In this document: positions 18,425-28,600 of the stretch, piece after piece
Numbering within the stretch: the first letter of the stretch is position 1
How the letters are laid out: each line of letters opens with the position of its first letter
NCBI RefSeq assembly: GCF_042685645.1
Contig: NZ_JBHUNX010000001.1
Location: 4,511,319 to 4,575,318, forward strand
Length of the DNA stretch: 64,000 bases
Direction: 5' to 3'
DNA from: Salininema proteolyticum
GTDB taxonomy: Bacteria > Actinomycetota > Actinomycetes > Mycobacteriales > Micromonosporaceae
Notes under the pieces: generated by a model
The model's database searches: none
The model's input: the letters and a program-made list of their open reading frames with translations, nothing else
What the model was told of the DNA's origin: nothing
Made by a program: the position numbers and the translations under genes

Positions 18425-19231
18425 TCAGCGGAAGTCGTCGGCGTGGTCGGCGGCCCACTGCTCGAAGGTGCGGGCCGGCTCCCCGGTGACGGCCTCCGAG
18501 GTGCCGCCGTAGCGCAGTACCTCTCCCGAAGCGAGCATGTCGAGCAGTTCGACGGGCATGAACTGCTCGGCCACGGCGCGCGGCAGGTCCTCCACGGCGA
18601 TGTCCTTGCCGCGGGCCTCGCCGATCAGCTCGATCTGCCGGCGCTGCGTCAGGTGGCCCGGCCCGTCCACCAGGTACGCCTTCCCCTCATGCCCGTCCTG
18701 GGTGAGCGCGGTGAACGCCACCTTGGCGATGTCGCCCTCATGGATCGGGTTGACCTGGGCGTCGGGGTAGGGGACTCGGACGAGGTCCTCCTCGACGATC
18801 GACTCCCTCCACCACAGCGCGTTGGTCGCGAACATGGCCGGGCGGACGAAGGTCCAGGGAATGCCCGACTCCTCAACGGGCACTTCCCCCTTGCGATGCG
18901 AGCGCCCGATCTCGTTGTCGCCTCCGTCCGGTCCGGACACGGCGGCGGAGGACAGGAGGACGATGTGCTCGACCCCGCTCTTCTTCGCGGCATCGACGAC
19001 GTTCCCCACGTTCTCCTGGCCGGCGTAGAGGAAGACCTTGTCGACGCCTTCCAGTGCGGGGGCGAGGGTCTCGGGGGCAGCGGGGTCGAAGAGGACGCAC
19101 TGGACGCCCTCCGGAAGCGGGGTGTTCTCCGGGGCGCGGCTCGCCGCGCGAACCTCGGTCCCGTGGTCGAGCAACTGGCGGATGAGGCTGCGCGCGATGG
19201 CTCCGCGCGCGCCGGTGACGAGGACGGTCAT
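18425..19231 (-). CDS. NAD(P)H-binding NmrA/SDR-family protein
   Basis: MTVLVTGARGAIARSLIRQLL Rossmann GxxGxxG start. Start overlaps the TetR stop (ATGA). Confidence 0.8.
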   Translation of the reverse strand: MTVLVTGARGAIARSLIRQLLDHGTEVRAASRAPENTPLPEGVQCVLFDPAAPETLAPALEGVDKVFLYAGQENVGNVVDAAKKSGVEHIVLLSSAAVSGPDGGDNEIGRSHRKGEVPVEESGIPWTFVRPAMFATNALWWRESIVEEDLVRVPYPDAQVNPIHEGDIAKVAFTALTQDGHEGKAYLVDGPGHLTQRRQIELIGEARGKDIAVEDLPRAVAEQFMPVELLDMLASGEVLRYGGTSEAVTGEPARTFEQWAADHADDFR

Positions 19232-19894
19232 GGCAGGGTGTTTCCTTTCTGCGGGTGTTCGGCGCCCTCGGCCAGTGCGCCGAGGATGCGCTTGAGGGTG
19301 CTGAAGTAGCGGTGTTCGAACTCGGGGTCGTCGATGTCGACGCCGAAGAGCCGGCGGGCGGTGTGGGAGAAGGCGGTGGGGGCGAACGTCATCCCCATCA
19401 GCGCCAGTTGTAGGGCTGCGGTGTCGACGTCGGCGGCGATCTCGCCGCGCTCCTGGCGCCGTTTCATGCGCTCTTGCTCGATGTCGACGTCGGCCTGGGT
19501 CTCGTCGTCGGGGGTCTCGCCGGACAGGGCCTGCCACAGGGCGAGACGGACGAACCGGGGGTCGGACAGGGAGTTGTGGAGGTACCAGCGCAGCAGTTCA
19601 TCCGGCGGGACGTCCGCGTTCGCGTTCTCGTATTCCGTTTCGAGGCTCTCGCGGTGCATGGCCCGGTAGAGGCCTTCCTTGCCGCCGAAGTAGTAGCTGA
19701 TCAGCTGCTTGTTCACGCCGGCCCGGGCGGCTATCTCTCCGACGCGGGCGCCGCTGTACCCCTTGGCGGAGAACTCCGTCAGGGCGGCGTCGAGGAGTTT
19801 CTGCTTGGTGCGCTCGGCGTCGCGCACGCGCTCGCCCGCTTCGGGAGAGCGCCGGGTCGGCGTTTTCGGTTCCACGCCAAGACCGTAGCACATA
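19228..19894 (-). CDS. TetR-family transcriptional regulator
   Basis: Helix-turn-helix KLLDAALTEFSAKGYSGARVGEIAARAGVNKQLISYYFGGKEGLY. Start chosen at MCYGLG. Confidence 0.8.
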
Positions 19895-20144
19895 ATCAAC
19901 CAAAAGGATAATAAAAGTATCCAGGTGGATGATACGGGAGTTTCCGGTTCCGGGATGGCGCTCCTAGGAAGGCCCCGGGCGGTCACCGGACCGACGCGAG
20001 CGTAAGGAGACCGTTGCCGCCGGGGACGGCCGGAACGAGAGATCGACGGCCATGCGTCCAGCGCCTCGTCGTTCTTGAGGGAAGGCGAGGGCACGACCGG
20101 GGTGGATCGCGGCCGGTTCCGCGACCATTTCGGGCCCTCGCCTG

Positions 20145-21225
20145 TTACGGCACGGTCCGCAACTCCCGGGCAATCAGGACCACCAGGTACGCGCCGCCGA
20201 TGACGACGGTGACGACGCCGACCGGCACCGTCAGCGGGATGGCGTGCTGGGCGATGAGGTCCGCCCCGAGCAGCAGGGCACCGCCCATGGCAGCCGAGGC
20301 GGCGAGCGGAATGCCCGCTCCCGCCACGAGCCGCCGTGCGATCTGCGGAGCGGCGAGTGCCACGAACGCGACCGGACCGGCCACGGTGGTCACCACGGCC
20401 ACCAGCGCGACGGCGACGCCGATCAGCGCCAGTCGGGACCGGACCAGTCCGATGCCGGTCGCCGTGGCCACGTCGTCTCCGAGGCTCAGCTGCTTCAGCG
20501 GCCTCACCAGGAATGCGCAGAGCGCCAAGAGGATCGCGAGGACCCCTATGGCGGGCCACGCGGTCTCCTCGGTGACGTTGTTGAGGCTCCCCGCTCCCCA
20601 GGCCGCCGCGAAAAGGGCCGTCTCGAGGTCGGCGCGCAAGAGCATCCAGCTGTTGAGGGAGGCCAGCATGGCGGAGACGCCGATGCCGATGACGATGAAC
20701 CGGAAGCCCCGCAGCCCGTCGCGGGCGGCGAGGAGGGCGATGACGACGGCCGCCGCCAGCCCTCCGAACAGGGACCCGGCCATGAGGAGCGGCCAGCTCC
20801 CGCCCAGCAGCAGGAGGGCGAGGATCATGCCGGTGAAGGAGCCGTTGGCCAGGCCCACGATGTCCGGGCTGGCCAAGGGGTTGCGGGTGAGGGTCTGGAA
20901 GACGCCGCCGGCCACGGCGAGCGCGGCGCCGAAGACCACGGCCGCCGCGACGCGGGGCAGGCGCCATTCGAGCACGACGGTGGCGGCGAGGCCGTCGACC
21001 CGTCCGGTGAACGCGCCGATGACTTCGGCCGGGCTGACCGGGAACTCGCCGAGCGTCAGGCCCAGGACGGCGAGGGCGGCGGTCGCCGCGAGGACGGTGA
21101 TGGTGACCAGAAGCGCTCTCATGTGGACGACCACATGCGCGCGGTCGCCGCCGATCCGCACCCGGCCCCGGTGGAGCCCGGTCGTACCGGCCGTCGTTCT
21201 GTCCGTGCTGGATACGGTCATAGGG
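20145..21225 (-). CDS. iron-siderophore ABC transporter permease (FecCD family)
   Basis: About 9 TM helices with FecCD-type conserved regions (TRNPLASPDIVG, AAPQIARRL). Start at MTVSS chosen so the gene abuts the upstream permease. Confidence 0.8.
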
Positions 21226-22246
21226 CGCTGGCCTTCCGTCGTCGGACGAGCGCGATCAGCACCGGGGCGCCGACGAACGCGGTGACGATGCCGGCGGGCA
21301 TCTCGCTGGGGGCGACCGCGATCCGTCCGAGGATGTCGGCCCCCAGGACGAGTATCGGCGCCGCGATCATGGATCCGGCGAGGATGTGGCGCTGGTCGAC
21401 TCCGATCGTCCACCGCACCGCGTGCGGCACCATCAGCCCGACGAAGCCGATCGGTCCGGCGATCGCGGTGGCGCCTCCGGCGAGGAGCGTCGTCGCGGCG
21501 ATGATGACGACGGTCATCCGTTTGACGTCGATGCCGTGGGAGCGCGCGACGTCGCGGCCCAGTGCGACCGAGTTCAGCGCGGGTGCTGCCAGGGCCGCGA
21601 GGACGAGGCCGGCGAGGATGATCGGGAGTACCGGGAGCACCACGTCGACGCCGCGTTCCAGCAGGCTGCCGGCGTTCCAGCCGCGCATGCGGTCGAAGGT
21701 GTCGGGGTTGGTGAGCGCGATGCCGGTGGTCAGTCCGGAGAGGACGGCGCCGAAGGCGACGCCCGCGAGCGTCAGGCGGACCGGGTCGGCCGACGCCCCG
21801 CCGGCGCCGCCGATGGTGTAGACGACGATGGTCATGACGAGCGCGCCGCCGCAGGCGAGCCACACGTAGCCGATGGGCGCGGTGACTCCGAAGAAGGCTA
21901 TGCCGACGGCCACGGAGAACGCGGCTCCGGCGTTGACGCCCAGGATGCCGGGGTCGGCGAGGGGGTTGCGGGTGAAGGCCTGGATGAGCGCCCCGGCCGC
22001 GCCGAGGGCGACTCCGACGACGATGCCCGCGAGGGTGCGCGGGAGGCGCTGCTGCCAGACGACGTACCGGGCCTCGTCGCCGCCGTCGCCGAGCAGGGCC
22101 TGCCAGAGGTCGCCGGGCGGGATCGGGTTGGAGCCCACCAGGATCGAGAGAAGGACCAGGGCGGCGAGGACGGCGGCGGCTATGGTCCACCAGACGAGGC
22201 GGCGGGCCGGAACGGCCCGCCGCCTCGGGGCGTCAAGGGTGGTCAT
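21218..22246 (-). CDS. iron-siderophore ABC transporter permease (FecCD family)
   Basis: 342 aa with FecCD motifs (TRNPLADPGILG, GPIGFVGLMVPHAVR). Confidence 0.85.
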   Translation of the reverse strand: MTTLDAPRRRAVPARRLVWWTIAAAVLAALVLLSILVGSNPIPPGDLWQALLGDGGDEARYVVWQQRLPRTLAGIVVGVALGAAGALIQAFTRNPLADPGILGVNAGAAFSVAVGIAFFGVTAPIGYVWLACGGALVMTIVVYTIGGAGGASADPVRLTLAGVAFGAVLSGLTTGIALTNPDTFDRMRGWNAGSLLERGVDVVLPVLPIILAGLVLAALAAPALNSVALGRDVARSHGIDVKRMTVVIIAATTLLAGGATAIAGPIGFVGLMVPHAVRWTIGVDQRHILAGSMIAAPILVLGADILGRIAVAPSEMPAGIVTAFVGAPVLIALVRRRKASAL

Positions 22247-22247
22247 C

Positions 22248-23177
22248 TCAGGATTCGGCGAGGATGCTCTCGAGGTCGTCCAGGACCGTCATGCCTCCGA
22301 GCGGGCCGACGCCGGTGATCCAGAAGGCCCGGTCGACCAGGTGCGGGTTCGACAGCGCGTCGGCGTTGTCGGAGACGGACTTCGGCATGGTCGACGGGTC
22401 GTCGACGTCGGTGGTGGTCACCAGGACGAGGTCGGCCTCGGCGTCGAGGACGTTCTCGGGCGAGATGTCGAGGGAGATGTCCTCCCAGTCGTGGTCGGGG
22501 GTCGTGAACCCGGCGCACTCCAGGGTTCCTCCGGCGAAGGACCCGGGGCCGTACAGGGTCAGGACCGCGTCGCGCGGGCGGATGAGCTGTGCGGTCTTGC
22601 CCTCGGTGCCGTACTCCTCGGCGATCTCGTCGCAGCGGGCCTCGTAGTCGGCCATGAGTGTGTCGGCGCCCTCGGTGTCTCCCAGAGCTTCGGCCACGAA
22701 GTCGACGTTGTCCTGCCACGGGTCGGTCTGGGTCTCCATGAACGCCGTCGCGGTGATGTCGCTGAGCTGGTCGTAGAGCGCGGAGTGGCGGGACTCGGTG
22801 CCGAGGATGAGGTCCGGTTCCAGGGCGGCGACGGCTTCCACGCTCGGTTCGGGGACGGTGCCGACCATTTCGATGTCGGAGGCGTCTTCGCCGAGGTAGG
22901 CGGGGACGCCGGTCTTCTCGTTCAGGACAGCGGCGCCGACGGGCGTGACGCCCAGGGCCATGGCGGTGTCCAGCTGGACGGGTTCGAGGACGACCACGCG
23001 CTGCGGGTCGACCGGCACTTCGGTCTCGCCTCTGGCGTGGGAGAAGGTGCGCGTCTCGGTGTCGCTGGACCCTTCGGAGGATCCCGTTCCCGAGCAGGCC
23101 GAGAATCCCAGTGCGGCGATGACGGACAGGGCGGCGATTCCGACGGCGCGGGTCCGGCGGTGGGGCGTGTCGTGCAT
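22248..23177 (-). CDS. iron-siderophore ABC transporter substrate-binding lipoprotein
   Basis: Signal peptide plus lipobox (ALGFSACSG). Class III periplasmic-binding-protein layout with acidic residues typical of siderophore binders. Confidence 0.85.
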   Translation of the reverse strand: MHDTPHRRTRAVGIAALSVIAALGFSACSGTGSSEGSSDTETRTFSHARGETEVPVDPQRVVVLEPVQLDTAMALGVTPVGAAVLNEKTGVPAYLGEDASDIEMVGTVPEPSVEAVAALEPDLILGTESRHSALYDQLSDITATAFMETQTDPWQDNVDFVAEALGDTEGADTLMADYEARCDEIAEEYGTEGKTAQLIRPRDAVLTLYGPGSFAGGTLECAGFTTPDHDWEDISLDISPENVLDAEADLVLVTTTDVDDPSTMPKSVSDNADALSNPHLVDRAFWITGVGPLGGMTVLDDLESILAES

Positions 23178-23257
23178 GAGGCTTCCTTCGTGGCCGGCGC
23201 GGTGCCGTCCCGGGGTGGACGGCGCGGTAAGTTAGCTTAGCCTAAGCTTATTTACGC

Positions 23258-24098
23258 CTATCGCGGTCGGTCGTTCCAGTAGCCCTGAGCGTGAACTCGG
23301 TCTCTGGCGATTCCGGCCTCCGTCGCGCGGTGGCGGATAGCGGACACCCGCGAGCTCTCGGTGGCGAACCACGCGTAGAAGCCGCCGTCGTCGCCGGCGA
23401 GGACCGATCCGATCTTCGCCAGTCGGCCGGCGGCCGTGTCGAGCAGGGCCTCGCCGCCGCGCATTCCCTTCTCCCGCAAGGCGAGCTCGACGCGTCCGGT
23501 CTTCAGTTCGCCGGTGAGGAACTCGGCGTCGGCGGGGTCGCCGGCTTCCAGGACGACCTCGGCGTCGATATCCGGGCCCAGTGCGTTCACAATGCCGCGG
23601 ATCGCAGGGTAGGCCGTCTCGTCTCCTCCGATCAGCACCCGTGTCGCGTTGCCGGGCCGCCACTGCACGCCGTGGCTTCCGGTGTCCCGGTGCCGGTCGG
23701 GGGCGGAGAGCACCAGCCTGTCACCGACTCGCGCGGACGAAGCCCAGCCGCTGCCGGGTCCGGGCGCGGCGTGCACGAAGAAGTCGAGGTCCAGTTCGCC
23801 CCGGTCGGGGCGCGACTCGCTGACGGTGTAACTGCGCATGGGCGGCCGCGACGAGGCGGGGATCGCGCGCCAGCGGCGGCGCCACTCCGTTTCGGGAAGG
23901 AGCGATTCGTCGAGGGACGCGGGAAGTTCGCCGTCCGGGAGGAGGATCTTCAGCCGCTGGTCCAGTCCCCGGGGCACGAGGCGCGCGAGGTCCGAGCCCT
24001 CCAGCGTCACTCGGAGGAAACCGGGCGACACCCGTCGCACGGCGGCGACACGCGTCCTGAAGAGCACGTTCGGAGAGTCTCGGTGTGATCGGTCCATC
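23258..24098 (-). CDS. siderophore-interacting protein (FAD-binding, ViuB/SIP family)
   Basis: Start at MDRSHRD. FAD_binding_9-like N-terminus (VAAVRRVSPGFLRVTLEG...RSYTVS) and the SIP C-terminal domain (LIGGDETAYPAIRGI). Confidence 0.8.
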
Positions 24099-24194
24099 GA
24101 GCGGCAATGGTAGCAGCCGTTCGGGAGGCCGGCGTTCTCCGAGGCGCTCGCACCTCGGAGAACGAACAGCCGCTGAACCTGTCGCCGGTCGCGG

Positions 24195-25301
24195 CTACTC
24201 GCAGGCGACGCCGTCGCCGTCCCGGTCCAAATGCCGACCGTATCCCGCGTCCCCTCGAGAGAGGGGTGCAGCGCCGGCCGCTCGGGCAGCGTCGCAGTTC
24301 TCATAATAGGCCGTGCTCTCTGAACCGTCGTCCTGCCCGCCGTCGCCGGACTCGCCGTCATTGCTCGACCCGCCGTCGGAACCGCCCTCGGTCTCCTCCT
24401 CTTGTCGCTTCAGCTTTTCCTCCGCTTCCCTCTCCCTTTCCTTCTCTGCTTCCTCTTCCCTTTCCCTCTCTTCTTCCGCTTCTCTCTCCCTTTCCCTCTC
24501 TTCCTCTGCCTTCCGCCTTTCCTCAGCCTCCTTCGCCTTGCGCTCCTCCGCTTCCGGGGAGAGCGCTTCGATGTCTCCTTCGCACGGTTCTCCCCACAGT
24601 CCAAGCGTTTGCAACTTAGCGCCGGCTTGTGCGCGGAGTAGGAGGTCTCCGTCCGATGCCGCGGATTCGGAGACGATTCCGTGTCCGGCGGACACGGTCA
24701 TCTCGCCCAGGTCGGCTTGTTCTATCTCGACGGCGAGAGCGGGGACGACATCGTCGTCCCACGTGTCGTCCGGAGCGGTCACCGTTATGGACTCGTCTGT
24801 CAAAAGGTCGGTCAGGAACTCGTGGGATTGAGAGCCCCAACAGTGATCGGCGTCAGCGGGAACCTTGACCGACGGCAGCGAGACGGTCTTGTCGCCGTGG
24901 TCTTCGGTGGCGATCTCGATCAGGAGGCCGGGCTCGACGGTCGTGACGGTGCCACTGTCCTCGGTACTTTCGGTGGTGGATGACCCGCTCTCTTCATCCG
25001 GAGGGTCGGACACGGTGACTACGACAGACAGGAGCACCAGGGACACTACTGCCGCTCCGACCGCCGTGTAGACCGCTACCAGCGACTTCGTTCGTCCGGG
25101 GGTTCTCTTCGGGATCTGTTCGGCGAGCCAGAGAGCTGCGAACACGATGGCAAGGAGGGCCAGGAAGTAGGAAGCGATGTTGAGTACGGGAATGAAGGCA
25201 GTGGAGGCGGCGACAATGCCCAGGACCATTCCAGCAGTGGCGAAGGATTGGGATCCGCCGGATTCTGCCTGGGGCGGACCGTTCGAATCGGTCGGAGTCA
25301 T
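24195..25301 (-). CDS. membrane protein with a Glu/Arg-rich low-complexity linker and a C-terminal Excalibur calcium-binding domain
   Basis: Start at ATG (MTPTDSN) with GAAGGGA upstream; the ORF track's longer version begins at a TTG. Two TM helices. Linker (EAEERRKAEEEREREREAEEEREREEEAEKERERE). The C-terminus NCDAARAAGAAPLSRGDAGYGRHLDRDGDGVACE matches the Excalibur DxDxDGxxCE motif. Confidence 0.65.
   Translation of the reverse strand: MTPTDSNGPPQAESGGSQSFATAGMVLGIVAASTAFIPVLNIASYFLALLAIVFAALWLAEQIPKRTPGRTKSLVAVYTAVGAAVVSLVLLSVVVTVSDPPDEESGSSTTESTEDSGTVTTVEPGLLIEIATEDHGDKTVSLPSVKVPADADHCWGSQSHEFLTDLLTDESITVTAPDDTWDDDVVPALAVEIEQADLGEMTVSAGHGIVSESAASDGDLLLRAQAGAKLQTLGLWGEPCEGDIEALSPEAEERKAKEAEERRKAEEEREREREAEEEREREEEAEKEREREAEEKLKRQEEETEGGSDGGSSNDGESGDGGQDDGSESTAYYENCDAARAAGAAPLSRGDAGYGRHLDRDGDGVACE
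24391..24545. repeat. about 150-nt polypyrimidine (CT-rich) low-complexity tract with 31-bp internal direct repeats; it encodes the E/R-rich linker on the minus strand
   Basis: Plus strand is more than 90% C/T. The unit ccctttccctctcttc occurs twice, about 31 bp apart. Confidence 0.8.
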
Positions 25302-25601
25302 GAGAGACGGTCCCTTCGGTCGGCCGTGAGTGAGACTGAGGGACAACGTGGAGTTGGACCAGCAGCAATGCCGATATATTTATTATATGTGATTTAGTGA
25401 GTTATATCACTTAAATTGGGCAATGCACATGGATTGTTCGGCAGCGTGAATGCCGGGTCGGAACGTGAACCGGCCCCACGCGTGACCCTTGGGGAAGTCA
25501 CGCGCGGGGCCGGCCCTCACATCAGTCTTCGCAGTGTTCGTTGCCGCTCCCGTCTTCCGGAAGGAACGGCCGCTGCGCTCAAGCTTCCGCCTGGGAAGAA
25601 C

Positions 25602-28600
25602 TCAGTCGGCGTCGCGATCGTCGTACGACGGGCCCCAGAGCTTCTGGGACTTGTGGGTGTCGGGCTCCCCGGCCGCCGTCTCGGCGGGCGGCCGCAGTTG
25701 GACGGTCTTCTCCCCGCCGCCGGACCGCTTCCTGATCCCGGCCTCGTGAGGTTCACCGTCGTTGCCGGAGTTCCGTGCGGCCTCCGCGGAGGCCTGAGCG
25801 GGCGTGGAAGGCCGTGCGGCGGGCTGGTCGGCCCGCGCCGCTCCGCCCTGCTCGGAACGCGGCCTCGCCTCCACGGAGGAGGCGGCCGGAGCGGGTCCCG
25901 AAGCCGGCGATCCGGCCGAGCCCTGCACGACGACGGGCTTCGGATCCTGCGCGGCATAGTCGCGCATGACGCTCCCGATGGCCGAGACCTGGTCCGACAG
26001 CAGCCCGATCGCGCCGATGGCGCGGTTGACAGGGTCCTCCTCGGAGCCGCCGCCCAGGGCCTTCTGTTTGAGGAACGACTCCTTCACCTCGGCCCAGCGC
26101 GCCTTCTCCTCGTCGGAGAGTCGGCCGCGCAGTTCCTTGAGTTTGAGGAGGTTCGCCTCGGCGCCGGCGGCCAGGGTCTGCGCCTCGCCGCGGTAGTGGT
26201 CGTCGATGACCGCCTCCAGCTCCTCCTCGTTCATGACGGGCACGACCCGCTCGGCCAGGCGGGCCATGTTGCGGTAGGAGCCCTGCAGGAAGAACGCCGG
26301 CTCGGTCCGCGAGGCGTCGTCGGTGGCGGCGGACTCGATATAGGCCATGTTGTTGCGCAGCACGGTCTTCTGAATGTGAAGGAGCTTGCGCATGACCGAG
26401 AGGATCTGGTCCAGCTCCCCCGCGGAGTAGGGGTGTTCGAGGTCGTCCTGCGTGGCGGTCGGGTCGTCCGCCGCCAGCCGTATGATCAGCCGGACGTCCG
26501 AGCGCGAGCGCCCCGAGAGCGGCGTGGTGACGGGGTTGGACGTCAGCGCGTTCTCGATGTAGGACTGCGCGAAGAGGTCCTCGCGGCCGCCCAGGATGTC
26601 GCCGAGGTTCCACACGTCGGCGCGGTTGGCGAGCATGTCGGGGATGCGGAACTTCTGCCCCGCCTCGGTGTAGGGGTTGCCCGCCATGCAGACGGCGAAC
26701 CGCTTCCCGCGCATGTCGTAGGTGCGGGTCCGGCCGTTCCACACGCCCTCCATGCGGCGGGTGCCGTCGCACAGGGAGATGAACTTCTGCAGCAGCTCGG
26801 GGTTGGTGTGCTGGATGTCGTCCAGGTACAGCAGCACGTTGTTGCCGCACTCGAGGGCGAAGTTGATCTTCTCGACCTCTTGGCGCGCGGTGGCGTTGGG
26901 CGCCTCGTCCGGGTCGACCGACACCGTTCCGTGCCCCAGCGACGGGCCGTTGACCTTGACGAGCATCATCCCGAGCCGGTCGGCGACGTACTCCATGAGC
27001 GTCGTCTTCCCGTAGCCGGGCGGGGAGATGAGCATGAGCAGGCCGGACTGGTCGGTGCGTCGGTTGCCCTCGGACCCGGCGCCGATCTGCTTGGTCAGGT
27101 TGGCGCCGATCAGCTCCAGGTAGACCTCGTCGATCAGCTGGTTGCGCACGAAGGACGACATGACGCGCGGCTTGTACTCCTCCAGCCGCAGCGACTCCTT
27201 GTGGCGCGCCACCAGGTCGCTCCGCTTCTCCTGGTAGGCCCGGTAGCCGGGCAGCACCTCGGAGCGGAAGTGCCGGGAGAGGTCGAGGAGGTCGTCCAGC
27301 CGGAACGACAGGGTCCGGTCCTTGACGGTCGGGTGCGTCCCGAGCAGGTTCTCGACGGTGCCGTAGAGGTCGGCCGAGAGGTCGTAGGTGTCGGTCGGGG
27401 CGACGAGGTGGGCGGCGGCCTCGGGGAGGTCCCCGGCGTCGAACCGCTCGTCGTCCGACTGGGAGGCGTAGGCCTCCAGCCACGAGTAGGCGAGATGCCA
27501 CTGCGAGGCCAGGCTGTCCTCCAGTGCGGCGAGGTCCTTGTCGAGCCCGTCGCGGACGGCGGGGGACAGGTGGCGGTCGAAGCCGTCGAGCAGGGTCTTG
27601 GCCCGGCCGGAGAGCGCGAAGCCGCGGGAGGCCTCGGCCAGTTCCTCGATGAGGTACTCGGCGGCCGAGGCGGGCGATCCGGCGTGGATCGGGTCCCAGT
27701 CGGCGACGGCCTCGGCGACCTCGGCGCGGAGGTCCTTGAGGGCGTCGCCCCCGAACAGCTCCTGGAGCTTGTGACGGCTGACGGCCTCTACGCGGAAGCG
27801 TTCGCGCTGGTCGGATCCCGCACCGTGGGTCCACCAGAGGCGGGCCAGGGCGCGGGAGGCGGCCGGGTAGCGGAGTGTCCCGGCGGCGGTGCGCAGGCGC
27901 AGCAGCTCGGCCAGGATCGCCGCGGCGTCGGAGTCGTGGACGCCGCGCTCGTAGCCCTCGTCGTAGCGCTCGGAGGCGGCGGACGTGCAGAGCGCGGCCA
28001 GGTCCTGCGAGCCGAGCCGGGCGGGGCCGTGCTCTTCGAGGAGGCTCGTCGCCAGGAACGCCGCCCGGTAGAGGAAGGCGTTCTCGGACGGCAGGTGCTG
28101 GTCCCAGTACTCGCGCGTGGACAGGAACTCGGGGTCCTCCACGCGGGAGCGGTAGTCGGTTCCGGCGAGGCTGAAGGCCATCGAGTCGCCCTCGGCCACG
28201 AGGGTGAGGTCGAGCGGCTGCGAGTTCACCGGCAGGCGGTGGCGCCCGAACTTGATCGCGTCGCCGTCGTAGAGGTCCTGGTTGTCCAGCAGCGCCCGGC
28301 CCGCCTCCTGGCGGGCGGTCTGGATGCGCCCCTCGATCTCCTCGGCGCGGACGGTCTCGTCCAGCCCGCGCAGCTCCCCGACGACCTTGCGCAGGCGCTC
28401 GATCATGGGGTCGGAGGCGAAGTACGTGTTGATCTCGTCGAGCGTGTCGAGTCCGGCGGCCCGGCGCTTGACGGCCTCCAGGATCCGGTCGGCCGAGTCG
28501 GCCAGCTGCCCGGCCCGGCGGGCGGCCTCGTCGAGGAGGCTCTGCTTGCGGGAGGTGAACGCCTCGTAGACGTCGTTGCGCTTGTCCTCCAGCTGGGTCG

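Noticed and set aside
20014-21821. 423-aa and 525-aa plus-strand ORFs over the FecCD permease genes
   Set aside because: They are antisense to two clear FecCD permeases and have Ala/Arg/Pro/Thr-rich low-complexity sequence with no motifs.
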